Of a stretch of DNA of 64,000 bases, positions 1-11,893 are shown in pieces. The position numbers were made by a program, and so were the translations under genes. Location of the stretch: assembly GCA_038087875.1 (NCBI GenBank), contig CM075997.1:4590001-4654000 (forward strand). The letters are read 5' to 3'. The DNA is from Malacoraja senta (Eukaryota). Under the pieces are notes generated by a model that saw only the letters and a program-made list of their open reading frames with translations, was not told where the DNA came from and searched no databases. Position 1 is the first letter of the stretch. The number at the start of each line of letters is the position of its first letter.

Positions 1-297
1 TAGGGCTCTTAAAAATAGTGGAGTCAGGGGATATGGGGAGAAGGCAGGAACGGGGTACTGATTGGGGATGATCAGCCATGATCACATCGAATGGCGGTGC
101 TGGCTCGAAGGGCTGAATGGCCTACTCCTGCACCTATTGTCTATTGTCTATTGGCTCTACCCGCTGCACCACCATGCCGCCTGGTTCACTGTTGTTGAAC
201 AACGATGTCTCAATGTCTCAGGGTTCAGAGGTGAATTTGAGCAAGGGCCGTCCCAACCTGGTGAAAGTTGCCATTGATGCAAAGCCTGTTTCATGCT

Positions 298-337
<40 letters not shown>

Positions 338-1150
338 TCTCTCTCCTCTCTCTCCCCCCCTCCCCCTCTCTCCCTCTCTCCCTCCCCCTCTCCCACACTC
401 TCCATCTCTCTCTGTAATGTTATATTTCCCGGTGACTATTCTTCCCCCCACATCTCTCTGCTTTCATTCTCCGTGGCTTTAAAGGGTGACTAGCTGATGT
501 TGCGGTGACGCTGGCCCTTTGGCCCATGTTGCCGGTGTGATACAGTCCACGGTGGGTTGCCAACATTCAGTTCTGGCAGTGTGGCCCCCTGGTTGTGTGT
601 CTCCAGTGGCTGGGACATCTGTGGGCAATGGGCTCCTGGTCCACCTGGCCCTTGGTTCCGATGTGGATGATGGGCTCTTCATCCAGATATGGATACAAGG
701 CTCTTGGTCCAGATGTGAGCCATGGCCCCTTGGTCCAGATGCTGGTAGCGATTCGGTCCAGTTGCGCGTAAAGGCTCTTGGTCCAGATGTGGGTAATGGT
801 TCCTTGGTCCAGATGTTGATAATGGGCCCTTGGTCCAGATGTGGATAAGGACCCTTGATCCAGATGTGGATATGGGCCCTTGGTCCCGATGTGGATAAAG
901 GCTGAGTCCAGTTGTGCGTAAAGTCTCTCAGCTCAGATGTTGATAACAGGTGCTTGGTCCAGATGTTGATAACAGGTGCTTGGTCCAGATGGAGTAAGGG
1001 CTCAGTCCAGATGTGTGTACAAGCTCATGGTTCAGATATGAGTAAAGGTTCTTGGGACATATGTGGGTAACAGGCTCTTGGCCCAGATGTGTTGTGTCTA
1101 AGCTCTCTCCAGATGTGGAATACAGGCTCTTAGCCCTGGTGCGGCTCTAG
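1..1150 (+). repeat. Near-identical direct copy of 13844-14982
   Basis: Same sequence and same ORF-track peptides (62..277 = 13904..14119). The differences I saw are 1-bp indels and microsatellite length changes. Confidence 0.95.
640..1150 (+). repeat. Degenerate 23-26 bp minisatellite (core TTGGTCCAGATGTGG), cut by the gap
   Basis: Repeated units such as ttggtccagatgtggataaggaccc and ttggtccagatgttgataacaggtgc. Confidence 0.9.
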
Positions 1151-1350
1151 NNNNNNNNNNNNNNNNNNNNNNNNNNNNNNNNNNNNNNNNNNNNNNNNNN
1201 NNNNNNNNNNNNNNNNNNNNNNNNNNNNNNNNNNNNNNNNNNNNNNNNNNNNNNNNNNNNNNNNNNNNNNNNNNNNNNNNNNNNNNNNNNNNNNNNNNNN
1301 NNNNNNNNNNNNNNNNNNNNNNNNNNNNNNNNNNNNNNNNNNNNNNNNNN
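1151..1350. other. Assembly gap (200 N)
   Basis: Run of 200 N. Confidence 0.99.
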
Positions 1351-1834
1351 TTGGTTTCTGTAAAGTGTCCCGGGTGTGGAGGATAGAACTGGTGAGAACG
1401 GGTGATTGCTGGTCAGCGCTGGCTTGGTGGGCCGAAGGGCCTGTTTCTCTAAACACTGTGTCTGGATTTACATCTGGCATGTCATGTACTATGCACGTAG
1501 CTTTAGAGGGCCAAATGCAGGCAGGTGGGACTAGTATAGAAGGGGTATGTATGTTGGTCGGTGTGGGCAAGATGGGCCGAAGGGCCTGTTTCCACACCGT
1601 TTCTCATAGTGATAGAGCATGGAAACAGGCCCTTCGGCCCATCTTGCCAACATGCCCCAGCTACACTAGTCCCACCTGCCTGCGCTCAGTCCATATCCCT
1701 CCAAACCTGTCCTATCCATGTACCTGTCCAACTGTTTCTTAAACTTTGCGATAGTCCCTGCCTCAACTACCTCCTCTGGCAGCTCGTTCTATACATAGAT
1801 GGAAATTCAACATTTAATACCATATCTTAAAGGT

Positions 1835-1966
1835 GTTTAAGAAAGAACTGCGGATGCTGGAAAAATCGATGGTAGACAAAAATGCTGGAGAAACTCAGCG
1901 GGTCAGGCAGCATCTATGGAGCGAAGGAATAGGTGACGTTTCGGGTCGAGACCCTTCTTCAGACTG
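1835..1966 (-). mobile_element. Penelope-like element 3' end (pLTR) with minimal hammerhead motif at 1935-1962
   Basis: Reverse complement reads CTGAAGAAGGGTCTCGACCCGAAACGTCACC...GCATCCGCAGTTCTTTCTTAAAC, the same sequence found downstream of the GIY-YIG ORFs at 5720-6040 and 54640-54851. Confidence 0.8.
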
Positions 1967-2153
1967 ACGTGGAGGTGGGGGGGGGGGGGGGCGGGAAGAA
2001 GAAAGGAAGAGGCGGAGACAGTAGGCTGTGAGAAAGGCGAGGTGAAAGTTTAGTACTCAGTTGTAAAATTTGGCTTGGAGCATCGAAGAAACAGCATAGG
2101 AACAGGCCCTTCTGCCCAAAATGTCCATGCTTGACACGAGGCCTGATTTGTTT

Positions 2154-2454
2154 GGCACGGTGGCGCAGCGGTAGAGTTGCTGCCTCACAGCACCAGAGAC
2201 CCGGGTTCGATCCTGACTACAGGTGCTGTCTGTACGGAGTTTGTACGTTCACGCCGTGACCACGTGGGTTTTCTCCAGTTTCCTCCCACACTCCAAAGGC
2301 GTACTGGTTTGCAGGTTAATTGGCTTGGTATAAATGTGAATTATTCCTAGTGTGTGTAGGATAGTGTTAGCGTGCGTGGTGATCGCTGGTCGGCGCGGAC
2401 TCCGTGGTCTAAAGGGCCCGTTCCCACGCTGTATCTCTAATGTCTAAAGTCTAA
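2154..2454 (+). mobile_element. tRNA-derived SINE (HE1/V-SINE-like), full length
   Basis: Pol III box A TGGCGCAGCGG and box B GGTTCGATCC, central core, and a CR1-like tail (aagggcccgttcccacgctgtatctctaa). Confidence 0.85.
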
Positions 2455-2717
2455 GGTGAAGGGGAAAAGATTTATTAAAAATCTGAGGGGTAACATTTTC
2501 ACACAAGGGGTGGTGGGTGTATGGAACAAGAGGAGGTGGTTGAGGCTGGGACTATCCCAACGTTTAAGAAACAGTTGGACAGGTACATGGATCGGACGGG
2601 TTTGGAGGGATACGGGCCAAATGCAGGCAGGTGGGACTGGTGTCGCTGGGATATGTTGGTGGGTGTGGGCAAGTTGGGCCGAAGGGCCTGTTTCCATGCT
2701 GTATCACTCTATGACTC

Positions 2718-2853
2718 CTGGAGTCTGAAGAAGGGTTTCGACCCGAAACGTTGCCTATTCCCTTCGCTCCCATAGATGCTGCCTGTCCCGCTGAGTTTCT
2801 CCAGCATTTTTGTCTACCTTCGATTTTCCAGCATCAGCAGTTCCTTCTTAAAC
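2718..2853 (+). mobile_element. Solo Penelope-derived hammerhead-bearing insertion with 15-bp TSD
   Basis: Hammerhead-like motif at 2725-2752; flanked by ATCACTCTATGACTC at 2703-2717 and 2854-2868, inside a CR1 3' tail. Confidence 0.8.
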
Positions 2854-3109
2854 ATCACTCTATGACTCTAAAGATCAAATGGTATCTGTTTGCACAATCC
2901 ACATCCCCCATTCCATGCATATCCCTGTGCCTAAACAAAATACCGCCATTGTTAGGTATCGAGCACAGCCACCACCTCTGGCAGCATGGTATAGGCCAGC
3001 AACCCTCTTTGTAAAAAACCTGCCCTACACATCTCCTTTAAACTTTGTCCCTCTCACCTTGACGTTATGTCGTCTGGTGTTTGATTTTTCCATCCTGCAA
3101 AAAAGATTT

Positions 3110-3420
3110 ATTATTTTCCCGTGCACCGAGGTACAGTGAAAAGCTTTGTTCTGCATGCACTGTAGCCAGATCAGGTAATACTGGACATAGATACAATCCA
3201 GTCATACTCCAGTACTATAGGTAGAGCAAAGGGGAAGATACAGAGTGCAGAATATAGTTCTCAGCATTGTAGCACAGACAAAGTCCAATGTCTGCAGTGG
3301 GGTGGAGGTGAATCGGACAGTACCCTGGCTTATGGAAGGACCGTTCAGAAGCCTGATAACAGAGGGGAAGATGCTGTTCCTGAGTCTGGTGGTGCGAGCT
3401 TTCAAGCTTCTGTACCTTCT
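3110..3420 (-). mobile_element. Rex1/Babar LINE 3' end (family 2)
   Basis: Minus-strand peptide KARTTRLRNSIFPSVIRLLN is typical of the Rex1 ORF C-terminus; the 3' UTR recurs at about 9205-9425, 17035-17215 and 59067-59335. Confidence 0.75.
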
Positions 3421-4067
3421 GGGGTGACTGGAGCGGATTCGTGATTAGTACGGGTGTCGGGGGTTACGGGGAGAAGGCAGGAGAATGGGGTTAGGAGGGA
3501 GAGATAGATCAGCCATGGTTGAATGGCGGAGTAGACTTGATGGGCCGAATGGCCTAATTCTGCTCCTATCACTTATGAACATACCTATACTCACATAAAA
3601 CAGATTACAGCGGGGTGGTGCAGCGGTAGAGTTGCTGCCTCACAGCACCAGAGACCCGGGTTTGATCCTGACTACGGGTGCTGTCTGTACGGAGTTTGTA
3701 CGTTCTCCCCGTGACCTGCATGGGTTTTCTCCGAGATCATCGGAGTAGACTTGATGGGCTGAACGGCCTGTTTCTGCTCCTATCGCTTATGATGTTACGA
3801 CCTTATGGAGAAATGACCATGGTGGGACAAGTCTTTGATTAGATTGGATGCTCTCTGAGGTAGCGTGATGTGTAGATGGATCAGTGGGGGGTGGGGCGGG
3901 GGGAGGTTTGGTCTCTGTGGTAGACTGTGCTATATCTTCAACTCTCTGCTATTTTCCCCACACTTCTCCCTTAAACTTTGCCTCCTCTCACCTTAAAGCT
4001 ACGCCCTCTAGTCTTTGACATTTCCATCCGGTGGAAAAAAGGTTCTGACTCTCTACTGTCTGACTAT

Positions 4068-4650
4068 CCCGGAAAGGCGGGACTGTCGTATGAATGAATG
4101 AATGAATTAATTAATACGTTTATTGGCCAAATATTCACATACAAGGAATTTTCCTTGGTGCTCCGCCCGCAAGTGACAACATGACATACAGTGAATGTCA
4201 TACGTTGAGAGAATGGAGCGGCTGGGCTTGTACACTCTGGAATTTAGAAGGATGAGAGGGAATCTTATTGAAACATATAAGATTGTTAGGGGTTTGGACA
4301 TGCTAGAGGCAGGAAACATGTTCCCGATGTTGGGGGAGTCCAGAACCAGGGGCCACAGTTTAAGAATAAGGAGTAAGCCCATTTAGAACGGAGACGAGGA
4401 AACACTTTTTCTCACAGAGAGTGGTGAGTCTGTGGAATTCTCTGCCTCAGAGGGCGGTGGAGGCCGGTTCTCTGGATACTTTCAAGAGAGAGCTAGATGG
4501 GGCTCTTAAAGATAGCAGAGTCAGGGATATGGGGAGAAGGCTGGAACGCGGTACTGATTGTGGATGATCAGCCATGATCACATTGAATGGCGGTACTGGC
4601 TCGAAGGGCCGAATGTCCTACTCCTGTACCTATTGTCTATTGTCTATTGA
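4068..4650 (+). mobile_element. CR1/HER1-type LINE 3' fragment interrupted by a ~100-bp LINE tail ending in (ATTC)n
   Basis: Peptide LSYVERMERLGLYTLEFRRMRGNLIETYKI...; tail (TCTATTG)n; insert at about 4093-4195 between tgtcgtatg and tgtcatacg. Confidence 0.85.
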
Positions 4651-5535
4651 CTCTGCCAATAGTTTTATGTACTTCTATCAATGGTCTGTATAGGGGCGGC
4701 ATGGTGGCACAGCGGTAGTGTTGCTGCCTCCCAGCGCCAGAGACGCAGGTTCAATCCTGACCACGGGAGCTATCTGTACGGAGTTTGTTTGTACGTTCTC
4801 CCCCGTGACCGCGTGGGTTTTCTCCGGGTGCCCCGGTTTCCTCCCACACTCCAAAGACGTGTTATTGTTGGCTTCTGTAAAAAATTGTGAATCGCGAGTG
4901 TCGCCTGCCCATTCCTTCCACAGATGCTGCCTGACCCGCTGGGTTCTTCCAGCACTTTGTGCTTTGTTTAATAAAAGTTGTAGTTGCCCGTGGAGTGTTG
5001 GTCTGCATCTATGGAGTGAAGTAAGAGTGGATTAGGGAATGGTTAACAGTAGGCACAAGGAACTGCAGATGCTGATTTACAAAACAAGAGACAAAGTGTT
5101 GGAGTAACACAGTGGATGAGGCAGCATCTCTGGAGGACATGGACAGGCAACGTTTCATCCTCAGAGCCCACTTCTTCAGTGGCTATACATCACACTTTAG
5201 TCATAGAGTGATACAGCGTGGAAACAGGCCCTTCGGCCCAACTTGCCCACGCCGACCAACATGTCCCATCTATACAAGTCCCACCTGCCTGTGTTTGGCC
5301 CATATCCCTCTAAACCTGTCCTAACCATGTTACTTCAGACTTATTCACTTCAGACTCATCTACTTCAGTGATACAGCGAGGAAACAGGCCCTTCAGCCCA
5401 CCGAGTCCCAGCGGACCAACGATCACCCCATACTATCCCACACAATTTACAATTTTACCAAAGCTAATTAGCCTACAAACCTGGACGTCTTTGGAGTGTG
5501 GGTGGAAACCCGGAGCTTCCCAGAGAAAACCCACG

Positions 5536-6048
5536 GTAGACAAAAATGCTGGAGAAACTCAGCAGGTGAGGCAGCATCCATGGAGCGAAGGAAGTAGGCG
5601 AGGTTTCAGGCCGAAACCCTTCTTCAGACTGATGTGAGGGTGGGAGGGCGGGAAAAAGAAAGGAAGAGGTGGAGCCAGTGGGCTGAGGGAGAGCTGGGAA
5701 GGGGAGGAGAAAGTAAGGACTACCTGAAATTGGAGAAGTCAATGTTCATACCGCTGGGGTGTAAACTGCCCAAGCGAAATATGAGGTGCTGCTCCTCCAA
5801 TTTATGGTGGTCCTCACTCTGGCCATGGAGGAGGCCCAGGACAGAAAGGTGGGATTTGGAATGGGAGGGGGAGTTGAAGTGCTGAGCCACCGGGAGATCA
5901 GGTTGGTTATTGCGAACCGAGCGGAGGTGTTGGGCGAAGCGATCGCCAAGCCTACGCTTGGTCTCACCGATGTAGAGCAGCTGACATCTAGAGCAGCAGA
6001 TGCAATAGATGAGGTTGGAGGAGGTGCAGGTGAACCTCTGAGGCGCAT
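5536..6048 (-). mobile_element. Penelope-like retroelement 3' fragment: GIY-YIG endonuclease, 3' UTR and degenerate hammerhead motif, nested in a SINE
   Basis: Open frame 6040->5720: QRFTCTSSNLIYCICCSRCQLLYIGETKRRLGDRFAQHLRSVRNNQPDLPVAQHFNSPSH...KLEEQHLIFRLGSLHPSGMNIDFSNFR*. It is not in the ORF track because it has no start codon. 12-bp TSD AGAAAACCCACG at 5524-5535 and 6049-6060. Confidence 0.9.
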
Positions 6049-6678
6049 AGAAAACCCACGCAGGTCACGGGGAGAACGTGCAAACTCTGTACAGACAGCA
6101 CCCGTGGTCAGGATGGAACCTGTGACCCTGGCGCTGTGAAGGCAGCAACTCTACCGCTGCGCCACCGTCGAACTTGGCCACCTGCCCGTGACTTTTGAGG
6201 GACTCGGCTACCATTTCCATACGATTATTGCAAAGGCTTGATTGAGGGAAGGAGTCTCGCTTCCCGATATAGACGGGAATAAAACGGCACAGAACATCGT
6301 GCATGTTTATTTTCACCAGCTCATTAACTTCGCAAGTCAAGTCTCAAAATATAAGCGCAGCTGCTACTGTGACTGCCGAAGGTGGAGAGAGTTTAATTAT
6401 CCTATCGAGTCAGGACACACTTCATGCCCGCAGACCATCCGTTTATTCGGCCCCACAAGTCCTTGGAAACTAATTAAATTCATTATTTAAAATTTAAAAA
6501 CAAATGGGGCAAGACAACATGGCAGCACGGGGGCGCAGCGGTAGAGTTGCTGCCTCACAGCGCCGGACACGTGGGTTCAATCCTAACTACGGGTGCTGTC
6601 TGTACGGAGTTTATACTGTACAGTCTCCCCATGACCTGCGTTAGTTATCCCCGGATGCTCCGGTTTCCTTCCACATTC

Positions 6679-7062
6679 TTTTTTTTTTTTAAATCTTTTT
6701 TATTGGAGATAAGTACACAACCTATTAACATCATTACAGTCTTACCTTTTTAAATTGATAATATTGTCAATTATTATTACATTGTCTCCAATACCTTTTG
6801 CCTTTTTTTGTTTTTTTAAAACTAGATAGAACTAAAAAGATAGATGAAGTAAAGAAAGAAAAGAGAGACAAAGAAAAAAAAAAAAAAAAAAATAAATAAA
6901 AAAATAAACAAAAAAAACAAAACAAAAAAGAAAACAGAAAAGAAAAAGATAGTTAAAGAAGAATGGAAAAATTTATTAATATAAAAAACTTTGTTTGAGA
7001 TATATTCGTACATTTCAGAGTATAACATTTCATCCATTCTTTAGCCCGAGTGTTAGTCCAGG
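6679..7062 (-). mobile_element. Poly(A)-tailed insertion, probably an L1/Tx1-type LINE 3' UTR, inside a SINE (6523-7222)
   Basis: Minus strand ends AATAAAAAAGATTTAAAAAAAAAAAA with a T-rich body; the SINE continues on both sides. Confidence 0.6.
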
Positions 7063-8667
7063 TTCTAAAGACGTACAGGTTTTAGGTTAATTGGGTTGAT
7101 ATAATTGTAAATCGTCCCCACTGTGTGTAGATAGCGTTAATGTACGGGGATCGGTGGTCGGCGTGGACCCGGTGGGCCGAAGGGCCTGTTTCCGCGCTGT
7201 ATCTCTAAACTAAACTAAACTAAAGATTTCTCTTGGTGCAGCATGACTTTAATCCTACTTTAAACTTGAGACTTTTGAGATAGAGCGCGGAAACAGGCCC
7301 CTCGACCCACCGAGTCTGCACCGACCAGCGATCCGTGTACACTAACACTATCCGATACACTTGGAACAATTTACATCTTGTTTACAGTGTACTATGTTGA
7401 CATATTCTGTTGTGCTGCAGCAAGTAAGGATTTCATTCTTCTATCTGGGACATATGACAATAAAACACTCTTGACTCTTGTCCTGTAAGTCTTTGGAGTG
7501 TGGGAGGAAACTGAAGCACCTGCAAGGTTCATAAATTCATGAGTTTTAGGAGCAGAATTAGAACATTCAGCCCATCAAGTCTACTTCACCATTCAATCAT
7601 CGATGATCTATTGTTCCCTCTCAACACTATTCTCCGGCCTTCTTCCTGTTCGTTTAACAAATATTACACGTGCAGGCAGCGCCATGTTTTTCCGCCATGT
7701 TTGGCCGCCATTTTCCATAACCTCTGACATCCTTACTAATCAAGAATCTGTCAATCTCACAGGGAGAAGGTGCAAACTCCACACAGACAGCAGCCGAGAT
7801 CAGGTTCGAACCCTGGTCTCTGGCGCTGTGAGGCAGCTGCTCTACCCGCTGCGCCACTGTGCCACTGTGCAGATGTTTGCGTTTGGGGTCAGTGTTAATA
7901 GACCAGCAAAGGAACAGGTTAGATTGTAAATTGCCACTAGTGTGTGTAGGATGGTGCTGGTGAATGGGAATCGCAGGTTGGCGCAGGTGGGCCGAAGGGC
8001 CTGTTTCCTCACTGTATCTCTAAACTAAACTAAACCAAACTAAAATAGGAACAGACCTTTCAGCCCACATTGTTGTGTCGAACAAGGTAAACAAATCTCT
8101 GCCTGAATATCATCCATCATTAGGGGAAAGATTTAATAGGAACCTGAGGGGTAACGTTTTCACACTAAGTATGGCATGAGCTGCCAGAGGAGGTAGTTGA
8201 GGCACGGACTATCCCAACGTTTATGAGAGGGGATCTTATAGAAACATATAAAATTCTTAAGGGATTGGACAGGCTAGATGCATGAAAAATGTTCCCGATG
8301 TTGGGGGAGTCCAGAACCAGGGGATCACAGTTTACGTTTAAGGGGGAGGCAATTTTAGGACTGAGATGAGGAAAAACCTTTTCACCCAGAGAGTTGTGAA
8401 TCTGTGGAATTCTCTGCAACAGAAGGCAGTGGAGGCCAATTCACTGGATGTTTTCAAGAGAGAGTTCGATTTAGCTCTTAGGGCTAACGCAATCAAGGGG
8501 TATGGGGAGAAAGCAGGAACGGGGTACTGATTCTGGATGATCAGCCATGATCATATTGAATGGCCGAAAGGCCTACTCTTGGCTTGAAGGGCCAAATGGC
8601 CTACTCCTGCACCTATTTTCTATGTTTCTATATTTAAGAGACAGTTAGACAGGTACAAGGATAGGAC

Positions 8668-8912
8668 AGGTACACAAAAATGCTGGAGAAACTCAGCGGG
8701 TGCAGCAGCATCTATGGAGCGAAGGAAATAGGCAACGTTTCGGCCCGAAACCCTGAAGGAAATAGGCAACGTTTCGGGACGAAACCCTTCCGGGTTTCGG
8801 CCCGAAACGTTGCCTATTTCCTTCGCTCCATAGATGCTGCTGCACCCGCTGAGTTTCTCCAGCATTTTTGTGTACCTTCGATTTTTCCAGCATCTGCAGT
8901 TCCTTCTTTAAC
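8668..8912. mobile_element. Fold-back (palindromic) Penelope-derived element
   Basis: Arms are near-perfect reverse complements (mirror ORFs 8620..8865- and 8680..8922+); the centre has repeated hammerhead stem II/GAAACGTT pieces. Confidence 0.85.
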
Positions 8913-9434
8913 ACATGGATAGGACAGGTTTGGAGGGATATGGTCCAAACGTGAGCAGGTGGGACTAGTGTAGCCGGGGGACATGTTGGCCGGTGTGGGC
9001 AAGTTGGGGCCGAAGGGCCTGTTTCCACGCTGTATCACTCTACGACTCGATCTCCCTCCACTCCCTGCATGGGCCTGAGGGGATTGCTTTGCAGTGAGCT
9101 AGCATGGACTCGAGGGGGTGAACAGCCTCCTGTATCTATGCATGTGTTGGTGTTTTTTATTTCAGGTGGGGAAGAGCGAACCGGCTATCAGTGACTATCA
9201 ATGTCACCTCGACCCCACTGCGGACATTGGACTTTGTCTCTGGAACTGATGCGCTACAATGCTGAGAACTATATTCCGCACTCTGTACCTTCCCCATTGC
9301 TCTACCTGTTGTGCTTGAGTTCGACATGATTGTATCGATGTATAGTATTGTATGATCTGTATGGATATAACATGCAAAACAAAGCTTTTCATTGTACCTG
9401 AGCCTACATGATAACAATAAACCATTAGCTAAAG

Positions 9435-9720
9435 GCGTAGGAAGGAAGGGCAGATGCTGGTTTAAACCGTGGACAGATACAAAAGGCAGGAGTAATTCAG
9501 AGTAACTCAGCGGGTCAGGCAGCATCTCTGGAGTAAAGGAATAGGTGACGTTTCGGGTCGAGACCCTTCTTCAGTCTGACCCGCTGAATTTCGGGTCTCG
9601 ACCCGAAACGTCACCTATTCCTGTTCTCCATAGATGCTGCCTGACCCGCGGAGTTACTCCAGCTTTTTAGGTCTATCTTTGGTGTATTTTTTATCGGCAT
9701 CTGGAGTTCCTTCCTGCCCA
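9435..9720. mobile_element. Fold-back Penelope-derived element with hammerhead motif (9547-9574, minus strand)
   Basis: Inverted arms around gacccttcttcagtctg...gggtctcgacccgaaacgtcacc. Confidence 0.75.
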
Positions 9721-9961
9721 TTTTGGCTTGATTACATTCATGTATAGTATTACCTGGTCTTGATTAGAGAGCGTTCAAACTGAGTTACTCCAGCTTCTTG
9801 TGTCTATCTTCAGCTTTTCTCTGGATCTCGGTAGATGTGACGATATTAAACCAAATACCTAAACCTAGGACATGGCCAATTTTCCCCTCGGTACCTTTCA
9901 CTAAGATCCAAACTGACCTTTGAACTCAGCTCCGCTCTCCTGTCTTAACTTGGTATCGTTT

Positions 9962-10451
9962 GACAATAGACAATAGACAATAGGTGCAGGAGTAGGCCAT
10001 TTGGCCCTTCGAGCCAGCACCGCCATTCAATGTGATCATGGCTGATCATCCCCAATCAGTACCCCGTTCCTGCCTTCTCCCCATATCCCCTGACTCCGCT
10101 ATCTTTAAGAGCCCTATCTAGCTCTCTCTTGAAAGCATCCAGAGAACCGGCCTCCACCACCCTCTGAGGCAGAGAATTCCACAGACTCACCACTCTTTGT
10201 GAGAAAAGTGTTTCATCGTCTCCGTTCTAAATGGCTCACTCCTTATTCTAAACTGTGGCCCCTGGTTCTGGACTCCCCAACATAGGGAACATGTTCCTGC
10301 CTCTAGCGTGTCCAAGCCCTTAACAATCTTATATGTTTCAATGAGATTCCCCTCATCCTTCTAAACTCCAGAGTGTTCAAGCCCAGCTGCTCCATTCTCT
10401 CAGCATATGACAGTCCCGCCATCCGGGAATTAACCTTGTAAACCTACGCTG
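9962..10451 (-). mobile_element. CR1/HER1-type LINE 3' fragment
   Basis: Reverse complement of the same RT C-terminus and 3' UTR as 31085-31845; (CAATAGA)n tail on the + strand. Confidence 0.85.
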
Positions 10452-10522
10452 ATTTCTTTTAACATCTAAAAATCTCTTTGTTGAGTGTACTGAGTGCATG
10501 AGGACAAATGCTCATGCCCCTC

Positions 10523-10808
10523 TTAGTTTAGTTTAGAGATACAGCGCGGAAACAGGCCCTTCGGCCCACCGAGTCCACACCGACCAGCGATCCCCACACA
10601 CTGACACTACCCTACACACACTAGGGACACTTTTACATTTACACCAAACCAATTAACCTACAAACCTGCACGTCTTTGGAAACGGAGAAAGCCCACGCGG
10701 GTCACGGGGAGAACGTGCAAACTCCGTACAGACAGCACCCATGGTCAGGATCGAACCTGGGACCCTGGCGCTGTGAGGCAGCAACTCCACCCCTGCGCCA
10801 CCGTGCCA
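10523..10808 (-). mobile_element. tRNA-derived SINE (HE1-like)
   Basis: Box A/B head at about 10745-10808 (reverse complement) and a (TAAAC)n tail. Confidence 0.85.
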
Positions 10809-11200
10809 CCCAAATGCTTGCATTGAGGTTTCAAAAAATTCACCAACCTCTGGGAGGAGAATGTTTTTTTTAATTTGAACTTGTTTTGCAAAGTCGATGG
10901 GGGAATAATTTGGGGTCAACATTGAACAGTACAGCACAGGAACAGGCCCTTCAGCCCACAAGGTCTGTGCCGAACATGATGCCAAGTTAAACTGCTCTCA
11001 CCTGCCTGATCCATATCCCTCTATTCCCTGTATGTCTATGTATCTGGAAGACTCTTGTACACCACTGGAGTATCTGCCTCCACCACCACCCCCCCCCCTG
11101 GCCCCCACCACCCTCTGTGTAGACATGCTAGCCCCGCACATCTCCTTTAATCTTTCCCCCTCTTATCTTATACTGTTGGACATCTTACATAGACATAGAC

Positions 11201-11893
11201 ATGAACAGAGGGATCTAGGAATAACTGTGCACAGTTCCCTGAAGGTGGAATCTCATGTAGATAGGGTGGTAAAGAAAGCTTTTGGTGTGCTGGCCTTTAT
11301 AAATCAGAGCATTGAGTATAGAAGTTGGGATGTAATGTTAAAATTGTACAAGGCATTGGTGAGGCCAATTCTGGAGTATGGTGTACAATTTTGGTCGCCT
11401 AATTATAGGAAGGATGTCAACAAAATAGAGAGAGTACAGAGGAGATTTACTAGAATGTTGCCTGGGTTGCAGCAACTAAGTTACAGAGAAAGGTGGAACA
11501 AGTTAGGTCTTTATTCTTTGGAGCGCAGAAGGTTAAGGGGGGACTTGATAGAGGTCTTTAAAATGATGAGAGGGATAGACAGAGTTGACGTGGATAAGCT
11601 TTTCCCACTGAGAGTAGGGAAGATTCAAACAAGGGAACATGACTTGAGAATTAAGGGACAGAAGTTTAGGGGTAACATGAGGGGGAACTTCTTTACTCAG
11701 AGAGTGGTGGCTGTGTGGAATGAGCTTCCAGTGAAGGTGGTGGAGGCTGGTTCGTTTTTATCATTTAAAAATAAATTGGATAGTTATATGGACGGGAAAG
11801 GAATGGAGGGTTATGGTGTGAGCGCAGGTATATGGGACTAGGGGAGAATACGTGTTCGGCATGGACTAGAAGGGTCGAGATGGCCTGTTTCCG
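11201..11893 (+). mobile_element. CR1 LINE ORF2 C-terminal fragment (distinct subfamily), open frame
   Basis: ORF 11032..11841 from EQRDLGITVHSSLK...LYKALVRPILEYGVQFWSP...RRRLRGDLIEVFK...FFTQRVVAVWNELP, the canonical CR1 RT C-terminus. The N-terminal part of this ORF is unrelated repeat sequence. Confidence 0.9.

Noticed and set aside
2154..2230. tRNA genes (box A/B motifs in many places)
   Set aside because: Each head continues into the SINE core and LINE-derived tail, with no acceptor stem or poly-T terminator.
6822..7037. Phe-rich 71-aa membrane-like ORF
   Set aside because: Translation of a T-rich LINE-like 3' UTR.
11032..11841. 269-aa ORF (and 31061..31753) as host genes
   Set aside because: CR1 ORF2 C-termini, 5'-truncated, with chance upstream start codons from unrelated repeats.
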